Below, in pieces: positions 7,848 through 17,167 of a DNA stretch of 60,963 nt. Position 1 is the stretch's first letter. Each line of letters starts with the position of its first letter. A model generated the notes under the pieces. The model was not told where the DNA came from and searched no databases. It saw only the letters and a list, made by a program, of their open reading frames with translations. A program made the translations under genes and the position numbers. The stretch spans positions 1 to 60,963 of the IMG/VR virus record IMGVR_UViG_3300050004_000011; one strand, written 5' to 3'. This DNA comes from a virus (Duplodnaviria; Caudoviricetes).

Positions 7848-8245
7848 GACTTGGCCGCCAGTCGCACGCGGGCCGCGGCGGCGTCTCGGGCGGATCGGCG
7901 CGTCATCAGATCCACCACCCCGGCGGGAGGCGGAACGGCAGGACGATCCAGCAAGAATGTTTCGCCGGTTACAGGATTTCCCAGGGATACTATCGAGCTC
8001 CAAGGAAGCTCACAGAAGTATGGTTGGCCTCCGAAAGACAGCATGCAGGCAATGCGCCGCACGTTCACGTGCAGATTGGACATCGGCACAGGAGTATGGA
8101 AACCGATCTCCAGGTACAGGCGTTCGTCGTCAAGGAACTCGTCTGGCACGCGCACGTCCACGTGACGCGGGTCTAGGCAGATCAAAACGTTGCCATGATT
8201 GAGCATGTTCAGAAAGAATTGCGTTGGGGGCTGCGGTGCGGTCAT
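7844..8245 (-). CDS. SspB-like ClpXP adaptor protein
   Basis: LDPRHVDVRVP...LSFGGQPYFCELPWSSI resembles the SspB fold signature. Confidence 0.65.
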   Translation of the reverse strand: MTAPQPPTQFFLNMLNHGNVLICLDPRHVDVRVPDEFLDDERLYLEIGFHTPVPMSNLHVNVRRIACMLSFGGQPYFCELPWSSIVSLGNPVTGETFLLDRPAVPPPAGVVDLMTRRSARDAAAARVRLAAKS

Positions 8246-8751
8246 TTGTTGGTGCCCTTGGCTTTGGCTTTGAGTGCTTGGTACATGCGTAGCTCTTCGA
8301 CGGTGAATTTGGACAGGTCCTCGCGGCCGCCGGCGCCGTCGGCACCCACGGTTTTGAGTTGGATCTCGCGCAGCAGGTGCACCGCGCCCACGATGTCCTT
8401 TAACGATGCAACGGCGTGTGGCTCGGTGCTGCACTGCTGGACCAGCTTGGTGGACTCGATCTCGGCGACGCGCACCAGGTTGTCCAGGATCTTGGCGGTG
8501 CTGGTGGCTTGGTCGGGCGCCAATTGCTGGGCCCTATCAAACGCCGACGCGCGCTGGGCCCACTCCCAGGCCTGGGCGGTGGCCTGCATGGCGGCGGGAG
8601 GGGCGCCACGACTGACACCCTTCTCGACCCAGTCGATGAACCCCCAATACTCGGCGTCGGTCTCGCCGGTGCGCTGCTCCCAGAGCTGCTCGAGGGCGAC
8701 GATCTTGTTGACAGAGCGCACGGTGCGCGAGAGAGAACCCCCGCGACTCAT
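8242..8751 (-). CDS. Putative terminase small subunit
   Basis: WEQRTGETDAEYWGF...WEWAQRASAFD pattern and C-terminal DLSKFTVEEL; lies between portal and terL. Confidence 0.55.
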   Translation of the reverse strand: MSRGGSLSRTVRSVNKIVALEQLWEQRTGETDAEYWGFIDWVEKGVSRGAPPAAMQATAQAWEWAQRASAFDRAQQLAPDQATSTAKILDNLVRVAEIESTKLVQQCSTEPHAVASLKDIVGAVHLLREIQLKTVGADGAGGREDLSKFTVEELRMYQALKAKAKGTNK

Positions 8752-9167
8752 GGGTACCCAGCAGCCGCGATACCTGCCAGGATATCAGTGATAGGGTCGC
8801 TGTCCTGTACCCAGGAGGTGTGTTTGATGATCACGTGCGGTGAGTTCTTCGGCAAGTTGTCGACCCAGTCATCCAGCAACACGCGGTTGATCTCAGTACG
8901 CTCGTCCAGGTGCTTCTGCCAATAGGAAGAAGGACCCGGGTCGGGAATGTGGATCACACCGGCCTCAAACAATTGTTTGACGATGGCCGTACGACTCGAA
9001 TGCAATTGCATTCCGCCAGGCAGTCCGAAGTTCATGCGCTTCAGCAGCCCGCGGTACTGCCAGGGAGTCATCGGTGCCCAGCACAGGCTTTCGGCGGTCA
9101 GGGCGGCTTGGGTCTGCACTCGGCGGCGCCGTCTGGCGCGGACTTTGGCGTTGCTCATTCCTCGCAC
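8748..9167 (-). CDS. Hypothetical protein
   Basis: ORF coupled to neighbours by overlapping stop/start. Confidence 0.55.
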   Translation of the reverse strand: MRGMSNAKVRARRRRRVQTQAALTAESLCWAPMTPWQYRGLLKRMNFGLPGGMQLHSSRTAIVKQLFEAGVIHIPDPGPSSYWQKHLDERTEINRVLLDDWVDNLPKNSPHVIIKHTSWVQDSDPITDILAGIAAAGYP

Positions 9168-9273
9168 TCCGTCAGGATGCAGTTCAAGGTTTCGATGATG
9201 TCGTCACCGTCGTACACGCCATCCTCATCCGTCTCTTCGATCAGCGCCTCGATGGCTTCGCGCAGCGTTCGCA

Positions 9274-9522
9274 TCACTCCCCTCCCTCGGTGAGGTCACT
9301 CGGATCGCCGCGCCAGATGGGGGTACTCTCGTCCCCGGACGTGTGCTCACTGACTCGAAGAATGGTACCCTTCAGTAGTTTGACCCATGCGGTCAGATCG
9401 TGCAGCTCGATTGGGTCCACGTTGTCGTAGAGCTCCTCGGTGGCGGCCTCCACGAGCTCGCGGAAGGCCTCGGGGGTCAGCTGGGTGTGTCGGGTGCGGG
9501 GGTATCGGTTGGTGTTGCTCAT
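9274..9522 (-). CDS. Hypothetical protein directly downstream of a solo repeat
   Basis: ATG at 9522, 30 nt after the repeat. Confidence 0.55.
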   Translation of the reverse strand: MSNTNRYPRTRHTQLTPEAFRELVEAATEELYDNVDPIELHDLTAWVKLLKGTILRVSEHTSGDESTPIWRGDPSDLTEGGE

Positions 9523-9552
9523 GATACTTTCAGGCGGTGTGGAAGGTGTGGT

Positions 9553-9588
9553 GTTGCAGATTCTACGGCCTGCACGCCGTGTGGTCAT
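9553..9588 (-). CRISPR. Second solo repeat, ~3.7 kb from the effector, followed by guide-like ACCACACCTTCCAC
   Basis: 29/36 identical to the array repeat; compensatory stem ACGGC/GCCGT; intergenic. Confidence 0.88.
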
Positions 9589-9589
9589 T

Positions 9590-9901
9590 TCATCCAACAA
9601 CGTTGCTGAGGAACACGTTGTGATCGGGGTCGTAGGGTTGGGGGCTGTCTGCGTCTAGGATCGAGATGTCCGTCTCGATGTAATGAAAGGTGTGGTCAAA
9701 TCGATGGGTGATGGTGCGGGGCGGGCCGCCGCGATCGGGCCGCCGGTGGAACTCGGCCACGAACTGCCCGTTGCCGCCGACCCGGAAGTGGTCGAACAGA
9801 GCCCACTCACTCTCGGGCACGCTCTCGACCCACTTCATGATGGTGGGCACCAAGTCGGGGCGCCAGTTGCGAGCAAGTCCGATGATTGAATATGAGTACA
9901 A
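9590..9901 (-). CDS. Hypothetical protein containing the self-match of the solo-repeat guide
   Basis: ORF with AAAGGA RBS before a TTG start. Confidence 0.6.
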   Translation of the reverse strand: MYSYSIIGLARNWRPDLVPTIMKWVESVPESEWALFDHFRVGGNGQFVAEFHRRPDRGGPPRTITHRFDHTFHYIETDISILDADSPQPYDPDHNVFLSNVVG

Positions 9902-10000
9902 GGTGTCCTTTGGTGGTTGTTAACCGGGGCAACCCGCCCCCCTGAAACAATCCTGACACAGCAAAAGAAACTGACCACAACTTTCGGGAGGAAAGTTTCG

Positions 10001-10696
10001 TCAGCGCTGTGGGGTAGATCCCGGACCAGGTGGGCGCACAATTGGGTACGCTTGGCACCGACACTGGTTTGGTTCACCCGGGCATCCGTGAAAGTCAGGC
10101 AGGTCCGTTAGTGGCGGTCTGTCCCAACGCTGCACGGTGCCTTCCAGCCGCCAGTGCATGGCGCGCACCTTCGAATCGTTTTGGGTTGTCCAAATATACC
10201 ACCCTGCCCCCGCCGCTTCGGCGATGATGCGCACCTGGCGCGCGTGCTCGCGCAGCACGTGGCGGGCGGCAGCGCCCGACGCAGACTCGAGGATGGTGGC
10301 CAGCGCGGCGGCCCTGAGGGCACGCTGCACGGCCCGGGTCACGGTCGCCACCCAACCGGCGGGCGCGGGCGTCGGGGCAGCGCGAGCGGCCTCCCTGGCG
10401 GCGCCCGGGGGCAATGCGGATACCACTCCCCGGCGGGCCCCTATACCGATCGCGCGCAGGGCCTTTTGGGCGGCTTCCTTCCAGCGCGTCCCCAGTGTGG
10501 GTCGGGGCTCCGCATCGTTCACCAACGCCCCCGATTCGCGCAATTCAATCACCAGCGCGGCGCGCAGCGCCGCTATCACAGCATCGGGCGGGCGCGGGCC
10601 GCGCCGGCGGCGCACCGCTGTGGACGGCACCACTGTGCTGCGCGGGTCAGGGCGCCCGTTGGGCGGCAGCCGGGGAACTCGCGGGCGGCGGATCAC
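10001..10696 (-). CDS. Head morphogenesis protein (SPP1 gp7/Mu F-like)
   Basis: YIWTTQNDSKVRAMH...PGEPNQCRC motif; follows the portal. Confidence 0.8.
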   Translation of the reverse strand: MIRRPRVPRLPPNGRPDPRSTVVPSTAVRRRRGPRPPDAVIAALRAALVIELRESGALVNDAEPRPTLGTRWKEAAQKALRAIGIGARRGVVSALPPGAAREAARAAPTPAPAGWVATVTRAVQRALRAAALATILESASGAAARHVLREHARQVRIIAEAAGAGWYIWTTQNDSKVRAMHWRLEGTVQRWDRPPLTDLPDFHGCPGEPNQCRCQAYPIVRPPGPGSTPQR

Positions 10697-10905
10697 AGAT
10701 CGAAGGCCTTGACGTAGTCGGCGGCGGACTGGAAGTTCTTGAACTTGCGGCAGTGCTTGCTGTGGCGCGGCAGGTAAACCCAGCCAGCGCTGCGCCCGCG
10801 CGCAGTGCAAAGAGACACCGTGGCTACGTAGTCGTCGTTGCGCCACAACTGCCAGCCTTTGCCGTCAGTCCAGATTGGGATCCATCCGTCTTTTGGTGCG
10901 GTCAT
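10693..10905 (-). CDS. Small hypothetical protein
   Basis: Coupled ORF between portal and head morphogenesis gene. Confidence 0.5.
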   Translation of the reverse strand: MTAPKDGWIPIWTDGKGWQLWRNDDYVATVSLCTARGRSAGWVYLPRHSKHCRKFKNFQSAADYVKAFDL

Positions 10906-12416
10906 TTTTCCTCTGCGCGCTGCTTCTGGGCAATCTTGGCGGCGCCCTGCTTGCCGGGGGCGCCCTGCGGCGGGACCTCTTCGGGCTCCCCTGCCCCCGA
11001 GACGTCGTCGCGGCTGTCCTCCGCATCAGCGCCAGACACCTCCACGAAGGTGCCAGCAGCGCGGGCCTCCGCAATCTGCTTGGCGGAGTAGCCCATGTCC
11101 CAGTAGATCTTGTCGGCGTTCGCGTGCGCTGTCCTGGTTTGGGCCTTTTCGTTGTCGGAGCTCTCCCACAGTGAAGGCCATTCCACTTCCACTTCCTTGC
11201 CGCCGTTGACCGCGGTGAGGAGCGTGCCCAGCTTGGGGCCCAGGTAGTATTTTTGGTAGTTCTGGCACGTGTTGTAGAACTGCGTCAGGTCCGCCTCTCC
11301 CTTGCTGTTGGCGTTCAGCCCGCTCGGACTCGAGGAGAAGAAAATACTGGCGGGCGTCTCGGCGCAGCCGGCCACGTTGGCCATGAGTTGCTGCATGATG
11401 GCGGGGATGTCCGTCATGCTCGCCTCGGTGCGCTCGAACTCCTCATCGTTGTCCTTGTCGAGGAACATCATCCGGTGCACGGAGCGGGTCTCCTGCAGCA
11501 CGCGCAGGCGGTCCTCGATCAGGTCCTTGGCCTCACTCGCGAGTCCCTCCACGAGGCCAGACAGTTTCATGACGCCGATGCTGGCGTCCTGCAGGATGTT
11601 GCTCACCGCTGACCACGCGAGGCCGTAGCGCCCGATGTCCTGGAGCACGGGCGTGAGCACACTGACGCCGAGCTCGGGCTGCGCGTGGCTGCCGGTCACG
11701 TCGAACACGTCCAGGCCGGTGTTGGGGACGCGCAGCGGTCGCCCGGAGAACCGAATCGATCGGGACGCATGAAAGATCTGCCCGACTCGCGGGTGCAGCG
11801 GCCCATAGGCGTTGGCGATCACCTGGTACACGGACGGCATGCCGAAGAGCGGCGAACGCGGATCCATGTCGCGCTTCAGGACGCGGAGCTCGTGCTGCGC
11901 GAAGAGATCGAAGAACGCGATACCGCCCTCGCGCTGCTCGTCAGTGAGTGGGGTGAACGGCATCCCTTTGTTGTAGCCGATCCACAGCACGCTCCCGCCG
12001 TGCGCGCGGCCGTCGAGCACCCCGCGCTCGAACACGCCCCGGGGGAAGCGCTCGTTGCGGTTCAATTGCGAGAACGTCTTGAGCAACTCACTGCTGGCCG
12101 GCGTGCCCGCGCCGTCGCCCTTGATACCGTACCCGCGCACCAGGGCCACGCTGGGCATCTTCTCGATGATGCGATCGGCAAGCCAGTCGTAGGTGTAGAG
12201 CTTGTCCACCGTCATCGGGGTGGGGATCTGCCCGGACCGGTACTGCAGCGCGGCCGTGGGGTCCAACCCGGGCATTCCCAACCCCGTCATGGGGTTCATC
12301 CAGCCGGACGTGGTGACAGACACCCCCGAGGGGCACAGCGCGGTGCTCGAGTCGGTGCGGGGGGCGGGCGCCGGGGGCGCCGCGTCGAGAAAACGGGACA
12401 GGTTGCGTGTGCGCAT
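10902..12416 (-). CDS. Portal protein (DUF1073-like)
   Basis: SGWMNPMTGLG, LYTYDWLADRIIE, DPRSPLFGMP, IFHASR, PSGLNA motifs; 504 aa. Confidence 0.85.
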   Translation of the reverse strand: MRTRNLSRFLDAAPPAPAPRTDSSTALCPSGVSVTTSGWMNPMTGLGMPGLDPTAALQYRSGQIPTPMTVDKLYTYDWLADRIIEKMPSVALVRGYGIKGDGAGTPASSELLKTFSQLNRNERFPRGVFERGVLDGRAHGGSVLWIGYNKGMPFTPLTDEQREGGIAFFDLFAQHELRVLKRDMDPRSPLFGMPSVYQVIANAYGPLHPRVGQIFHASRSIRFSGRPLRVPNTGLDVFDVTGSHAQPELGVSVLTPVLQDIGRYGLAWSAVSNILQDASIGVMKLSGLVEGLASEAKDLIEDRLRVLQETRSVHRMMFLDKDNDEEFERTEASMTDIPAIMQQLMANVAGCAETPASIFFSSSPSGLNANSKGEADLTQFYNTCQNYQKYYLGPKLGTLLTAVNGGKEVEVEWPSLWESSDNEKAQTRTAHANADKIYWDMGYSAKQIAEARAAGTFVEVSGADAEDSRDDVSGAGEPEEVPPQGAPGKQGAAKIAQKQRAEEK

Positions 12417-12475
12417 ATCTCAAAAGGGTAGCATGATGTGGTCGTTTGTGCCCGCGGGCCTGCCCGATAGTGTGG

Positions 12476-13027
12476 TCATTTCTTGTGGTCCTGCCAGGGC
12501 ACGTGGCCTACGCCCGGCACGAAGAATCCCCACCCGCGCCCGGAGAGCGGTCCGGCGAAAAACAGGGTCCAGACACCGCGCGCGCCGGGACCGGGGTGCA
12601 ATTGGGTGATCCGGTGGTACTTCGATGCCCGGATAAAATTGAACCAGCGCACGCGGCGGGTGCGGACGGAACGCCCAAACGGTGTGGCCCAGATACCGGG
12701 CGCCACCTGGTGGTGTGCCTGGTGGTCCAGCGGTGCGTGCGGGTCCACGCCCAGGATCTCCTCCGTGTACGAGCCCCAGAGCACTATCGAGAAGCTCCAC
12801 GCGAAGCTGTGATTGTGGTGCCCGTCGGTGTCGCCGGCCAGGAAGTGGTTAAGGTACACCCGCCACTCGTTGGAGCCGGACACGGCCTGCTCACGCAGAC
12901 TGTAGCGATCCATGTACGGCATGTTGCTGGGCCCGCCGGGCGTGGCGGGGCGCAGCAGGTGGCGCACCCACCCACACAGGCGAGTCAGACGCCGGGTGGT
13001 GCCGCTGTTGCCGGCGGGGGTGGTCAC
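12476..13027 (-). CDS. Cupin-like hypothetical protein
   Basis: HHNHSF..SIVLWGSYTE..YHRI..WTLFF. Confidence 0.5.
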   Translation of the reverse strand: MTTPAGNSGTTRRLTRLCGWVRHLLRPATPGGPSNMPYMDRYSLREQAVSGSNEWRVYLNHFLAGDTDGHHNHSFAWSFSIVLWGSYTEEILGVDPHAPLDHQAHHQVAPGIWATPFGRSVRTRRVRWFNFIRASKYHRITQLHPGPGARGVWTLFFAGPLSGRGWGFFVPGVGHVPWQDHKK

Positions 13028-14412
13028 GCCCCGCCCCCGGCGCCCTTGCTGGCTTTGGCGGCGCGGTTGGCCAACTCGCACACAGCCAGGAAAGCTAGCC
13101 GCTCGTCATCGTTCTCTGGCGAGTCGCCGATGTAGTCTCGCCAGTACACCAGCGTCTCCTCGCGAATGTCCTCTGTCGCCTCCAGCACCGCGCGCTCTTC
13201 GGGGGTGCACGTGTTGATCAGGTCACTCAGCGGGGTGCGGGCGTGTGCAGGCAGCCCTAACTCGGACTCCAGCTCCTTCACGCGGGCGGCGAGTTGGTTG
13301 CGCTCGGCTTCGAGCTTTCGGTAATTCAACAGCGGAGCTGCCCGCTCTGTCTCATTTGAGAGGTCCGCTAGTGCATCAATGGCCTCGGAAGCCGTCACGA
13401 AGCCGTCGCAGGACGCGCGGCGCAGAAGCCACTGCAATCGTTGGCGGATCCTCTCCAGTAGCTGGCTGTCCCGCTCCGCCGCATCAGCTCGGGCGTTGGC
13501 GGCCTCTAGGCGCGCCTTGTACTCGTCGCACCACTTCTCCAGCTCGGCAATCTTGGTCTTGGCGGCGGCGAGTTGTTCGATCAGTTCCGCGACCCGTGCG
13601 TTGTCGGCTCGGGCCACGTTCGCCCAGTCGTTGCCCCATGTCTCCAGCTCCGCAATCCGGGCGTTGGCGCGGTTTCGCTCGGCCGTTAGCGCGGCTCTCT
13701 CGGCGTCGCACTTGTCCACGCACTTGAGCTTCAGCTCCGCAATCCGGGCGTTGGCGGCGGCGAGGTCGGCACGGTCTTGTCGCCAGTGAATAAGCACGTC
13801 ATGTGGTTCCAAGTCATCAACCATCGCCTGGTAGTCGGCGAGACGGGATTCCAGCGAGACGTTCTCTGCGCGAACCTTCGCCAGTTCACTGTCAGCCATG
13901 CGCCTCAGGATGTCGTTGCCTTGCTCGGGAGTTACCGCCTGCCCCTTCGGCGCCTCGGGCTGGCAACGCTCGCACGGGGTCTCCGGTGAGCAGTCCGCGG
14001 ACCCTGCTGGCAAGGGCGCCTCGGGCTGGTCGGCGAGGACGGCGTCAAGCGCAGCCAGCCATGACGGAAGTGGCGAGTCGCGGTACAGAGCATCTGGCAA
14101 CCGCCCCAACTTATTGCGCAGGCTGTTTAGCACGGCCCGCACGCGCTTCAGGGTCGCGTTGGCGGCGGCGATGCCAGCGCGAATGTCATTGGGCGAGGCC
14201 TCGAATGGGTCCAATCTCAGCGTTTGACACGCGGCGGCGTGGCTGCGCCGCAGCTGTTCGTACTCAGCTTCGTCTGGGAATGTCTCCTCAACTGACGCAA
14301 CCAACTGCCGCGCTCTGGTGCTGGTGAGTGCTGCGTCGTAGTGGTCGTGACCTTGCGCGGCCAGTTCCAGCAGGCGGGCCCAGGTCAGTGGTACGGGGTA
14401 TCCGGCGGTCAT
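13024..14412 (-). CDS. Long coiled-coil protein
   Basis: Repeated ANARIAEL heptads. Confidence 0.65.
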   Translation of the reverse strand: MTAGYPVPLTWARLLELAAQGHDHYDAALTSTRARQLVASVEETFPDEAEYEQLRRSHAAACQTLRLDPFEASPNDIRAGIAAANATLKRVRAVLNSLRNKLGRLPDALYRDSPLPSWLAALDAVLADQPEAPLPAGSADCSPETPCERCQPEAPKGQAVTPEQGNDILRRMADSELAKVRAENVSLESRLADYQAMVDDLEPHDVLIHWRQDRADLAAANARIAELKLKCVDKCDAERAALTAERNRANARIAELETWGNDWANVARADNARVAELIEQLAAAKTKIAELEKWCDEYKARLEAANARADAAERDSQLLERIRQRLQWLLRRASCDGFVTASEAIDALADLSNETERAAPLLNYRKLEAERNQLAARVKELESELGLPAHARTPLSDLINTCTPEERAVLEATEDIREETLVYWRDYIGDSPENDDERLAFLAVCELANRAAKASKGAGGGA

Positions 14413-15047
14413 TTGGTGGCTGCTTTCGTGGTGGGGGTGGTGTATCGAGAGCGGGCGTGACGTTCCTGTAGCCAATCACCAACGGTCCGCCCGTTGGGGC
14501 CCAGCAACGCCGCATGATCCGGGATCGCGAAGTACACAATGCTCCGTTGCACTTCCGCCAGTGCGGTGACGTGGTGTGGCGTGGCGGGTCCCAGCCCCAC
14601 CAACTCACCGAGCTCGCCCAGGTGCACGGCACCCAACTCACCCAGTCCGGGGTTGGGGACGTTGCGGTACAGGTTCAGCGTGAACAGATCCATGTCCGTG
14701 TGCACCGCGCTCGCCCCCACGCCGACGGGGTATTCGAGGACGCGCAGGCAACCAAACTCCAAACGCGGGCGGTATGCAGAAGGCACGTACCATTGGAGTG
14801 CGAGTCGATACGCCCGACTCGCGGCGTACTCCAGATAACCTTGCAACAGGTCCTTGTCGTCGCTCCAGGGCATCTGCTCGAGGTACTTCATTGCCACGTG
14901 CGCGAATTTCTTCCCGGTGTCCAGCGCGGCGGGGTCGCCGTTGGGGGCCTCCACCACCCCGCGCGCGGTGGCGTTGCCCGGGTAGTCGTCGCGGAACACC
15001 AGTGCGGCCAGCGCGGCGTAGTCGGCGGCGGTGAATAGTGGGGTCAT
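14409..15047 (-). CDS. 2OG-Fe(II) oxygenase
   Basis: LRVLEYP...HTD...H...RSIVYF facial-triad pattern. Confidence 0.75.
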   Translation of the reverse strand: MTPLFTAADYAALAALVFRDDYPGNATARGVVEAPNGDPAALDTGKKFAHVAMKYLEQMPWSDDKDLLQGYLEYAASRAYRLALQWYVPSAYRPRLEFGCLRVLEYPVGVGASAVHTDMDLFTLNLYRNVPNPGLGELGAVHLGELGELVGLGPATPHHVTALAEVQRSIVYFAIPDHAALLGPNGRTVGDWLQERHARSRYTTPTTKAATK

Positions 15048-15448
15048 CGATCCAACTCCGCGTCTTCCTCGGTGGTGGCAGCATCCGCGTACAGCGTCAG
15101 CCGTAGGGGGCTCTCTTCGTACCGCGAGTATCCGAAGAACTCGGCGCCGGTCGTCTTCAGCCAGTCGAAGAACGCGGCGATCTCTCCGTCGTAGTTCTTC
15201 AAGTCGGAGCGCGACACGAAGTGCAGTTCGCCACTGATGTCGTCGATCCATGCCTTGCTGAGCGGCTCCGGCTGGAAGTAGTAGCTAGAACAGCGACCGA
15301 TCGCGGTCCAGCGAGGCTTGCTGAAGAACTCGTGGAACGGTGCGTTGAAGGGTTTTGGGCCGTCGCCGAACATGAACTCCAAGACAGCACGAGCTGGGTC
15401 GTCGGCCTTGATGCGGCCGCTGACGAAGCATTCGGTATACATTCCCAT
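15044..15448 (-). CDS. Hypothetical phage protein
   Basis: MGMYTE...LKNYDGEI..FFDWL; coupled ORF. Confidence 0.6.
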   Translation of the reverse strand: MGMYTECFVSGRIKADDPARAVLEFMFGDGPKPFNAPFHEFFSKPRWTAIGRCSSYYFQPEPLSKAWIDDISGELHFVSRSDLKNYDGEIAAFFDWLKTTGAEFFGYSRYEESPLRLTLYADAATTEEDAELDR

Positions 15449-15524
15449 GGGGGTTGCGTGGCTCCTAGTAGTGGGTGGTACTAGGAGCCTAGCAGTCATT
15501 TGTTGCGAAGCAACCGCGATGCAG

Positions 15525-16037
15525 TCACTTTTGGATCGGCAATGAATAATCGTACTCGCGCGTGGTCGGCGCCAGCCGCAGCGCAGCCCTTCCAATGCCG
15601 ATCGCGTCGAGCACGTCGGAGTGGCAGCTCTTCGGGATGTCCCGGAACAGGCGCCGCTCCCCCACTGTCAGGGTTTTGGCGATGCCCTGCTGCATCTGCT
15701 CCTTGGACAGCTTGCTCTCCTGCCTCCACACCCGCGGCGGCAGGCGCAGGGACCGCTCCGCCGGTATGCACGCGAGTGTGAAGCCCGCCCGGAACGCCAG
15801 TGATAACAGATCATTGACGTCCACGGTGCGGACGCGCTTACGGCCCTTGTTGTCGGTGTAGGTCTTCGCCTTCTCGTCACCGAAGTACCACTGCCCCTCG
15901 GTGGCGGCGATCGTCCAGGGGGTCTCGAACACCCAGCGCTCGAGGCGGTGGGATGCCTGCAGCACGCGCCCGGTACCCCACTCGAGCTCCACCGCGCCCG
16001 GTTTTAGGCCTGGATCGATCGCCACCAGGCGCTTCAT
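15525..16037 (-). CDS. RuvC-like Holliday junction resolvase
   Basis: LVAIDPG, ATEG, PRVWR, DVLDAIGI. Confidence 0.7.
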   Translation of the reverse strand: MKRLVAIDPGLKPGAVELEWGTGRVLQASHRLERWVFETPWTIAATEGQWYFGDEKAKTYTDNKGRKRVRTVDVNDLLSLAFRAGFTLACIPAERSLRLPPRVWRQESKLSKEQMQQGIAKTLTVGERRLFRDIPKSCHSDVLDAIGIGRAALRLAPTTREYDYSLPIQK

Positions 16038-16570
16038 ATTGCGCCCGGCAGGCCCGCGGCGCGCAGCACGTCCGCCGCGCCGTCCACGAAGTGGAAGGGC
16101 CGATTGGCGCCCATGCGTAGGTGCTCCTCCACCAGGCGGTCCACCGCGCGCGCCCCTGCCTCGTCTTCGTACCGCCCCGCCTGCACGAACGGCTTCGTGC
16201 GCTTCAGCAGGCAGTTCACGTCCACGATGCCGGCCTCCTGCTTGCGCTTGCGCGTGGCGTTGCACAGATCCCGCAGCGTGCACCGGGTCGCGTGGTAGTG
16301 CCGCTCGTACACAGCCCCCAGGCCCAGCGGGCTGTCGGTCACGATGTAGTCCACCTTGCCGTACAGCGAGCTCTCCCGACGCAACTGCTTGGCGAAGATG
16401 TAGACGTCGTCCCACGGACCAATGGAAACCCCGCGCCACGCCCACTGCTTGACGTACTCCGTCACCAGCTCCACGCTCAGTCCGGCGAGCTTCATGCGCG
16501 CGAACACGTCGGCAGCGGTGGTGCTCTTGCCGCACCCCGAGCCAGCCCAGAGATTGATCACTGTGGTCAC
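16034..16570 (-). CDS. P-loop kinase/ATPase (AAA_28/NadR-like)
   Basis: INLWAGSGCGKSTT; VTDSPL. Confidence 0.75.
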   Translation of the reverse strand: MTTVINLWAGSGCGKSTTAADVFARMKLAGLSVELVTEYVKQWAWRGVSIGPWDDVYIFAKQLRRESSLYGKVDYIVTDSPLGLGAVYERHYHATRCTLRDLCNATRKRKQEAGIVDVNCLLKRTKPFVQAGRYEDEAGARAVDRLVEEHLRMGANRPFHFVDGAADVLRAAGLPGAI

Positions 16571-16965
16571 AGTGCACCCCCGTCCACCACGCGGCGGCCG
16601 TGCGTCAGGGTGGTGTGGTCAGTTTTGCCGGGCAGGATTTCGCGCCACGTCTTCGCCCACGGGCCGCGGAACGACAGCACCCACGTGCGGCCGAGGGAGA
16701 CCACCTTGTGTGTGGTATCGCGCGAGGTGAAGACGGGCCACCACGACGGGAAGTGAATGTCCACCCAACCGTTTTCATGGATCTCGTCCAGACTACCACT
16801 CAGCACCCAACTCACCGCGTTGAATGCGTGCGAGTGATAGGCGTCACGGCTGCCGTTCTCGAAGCGCAGCAGCACGATAGTGAATGCCCGCTTCCACTCG
16901 ATCAGGTTGTACGCCCACACCGTGGACTCGTGGCCTCCGTCCTTGCACAGATTGAACAGTTTCAT
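16567..16965 (-). CDS. Cupin-like hypothetical protein
   Basis: YHSHAF..VLSGSLDE..THKV. Confidence 0.55.
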   Translation of the reverse strand: MKLFNLCKDGGHESTVWAYNLIEWKRAFTIVLLRFENGSRDAYHSHAFNAVSWVLSGSLDEIHENGWVDIHFPSWWPVFTSRDTTHKVVSLGRTWVLSFRGPWAKTWREILPGKTDHTTLTHGRRVVDGGAL

Positions 16966-17167
16966 TCTTCCTCCGGTGTGGTCGGTTCCGCTTTCCTAAC
17001 AGCAGCTTTTTTCTCCGCAGAGTGTGCGGCCTTGACCAGACGCTTCGCCAGACTGCGTGCTTGGTTCGGGGTGAGCCAACAATCGAAATCACCCTCCACC
17101 TCGACAATCGGGGACAGCGGCCCGCTGTTGTAGATCCCCAGGATTCCCTTCACTCTTACTCTGGTGT

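Noticed and set aside
9539-9552. Dispersed TGACCGCA sites as mass targets of the solo-repeat guide (ACCACACC...)
   Set aside because: Most sites have G at guide position 4 and share only ~7 nt; the adjacent-gene match is longer and codon-consistent. Not fully excluded
13234-13244. 11-nt match to the start of spacer 4498-4533
   Set aside because: Short and GC-rich, does not extend, and lacks a T-rich 5' flank
13645-13756. 25-bp direct repeat as a second CRISPR array
   Set aside because: It is an in-frame duplication encoding ANARIAEL in a coiled coil and is unrelated to the array repeat
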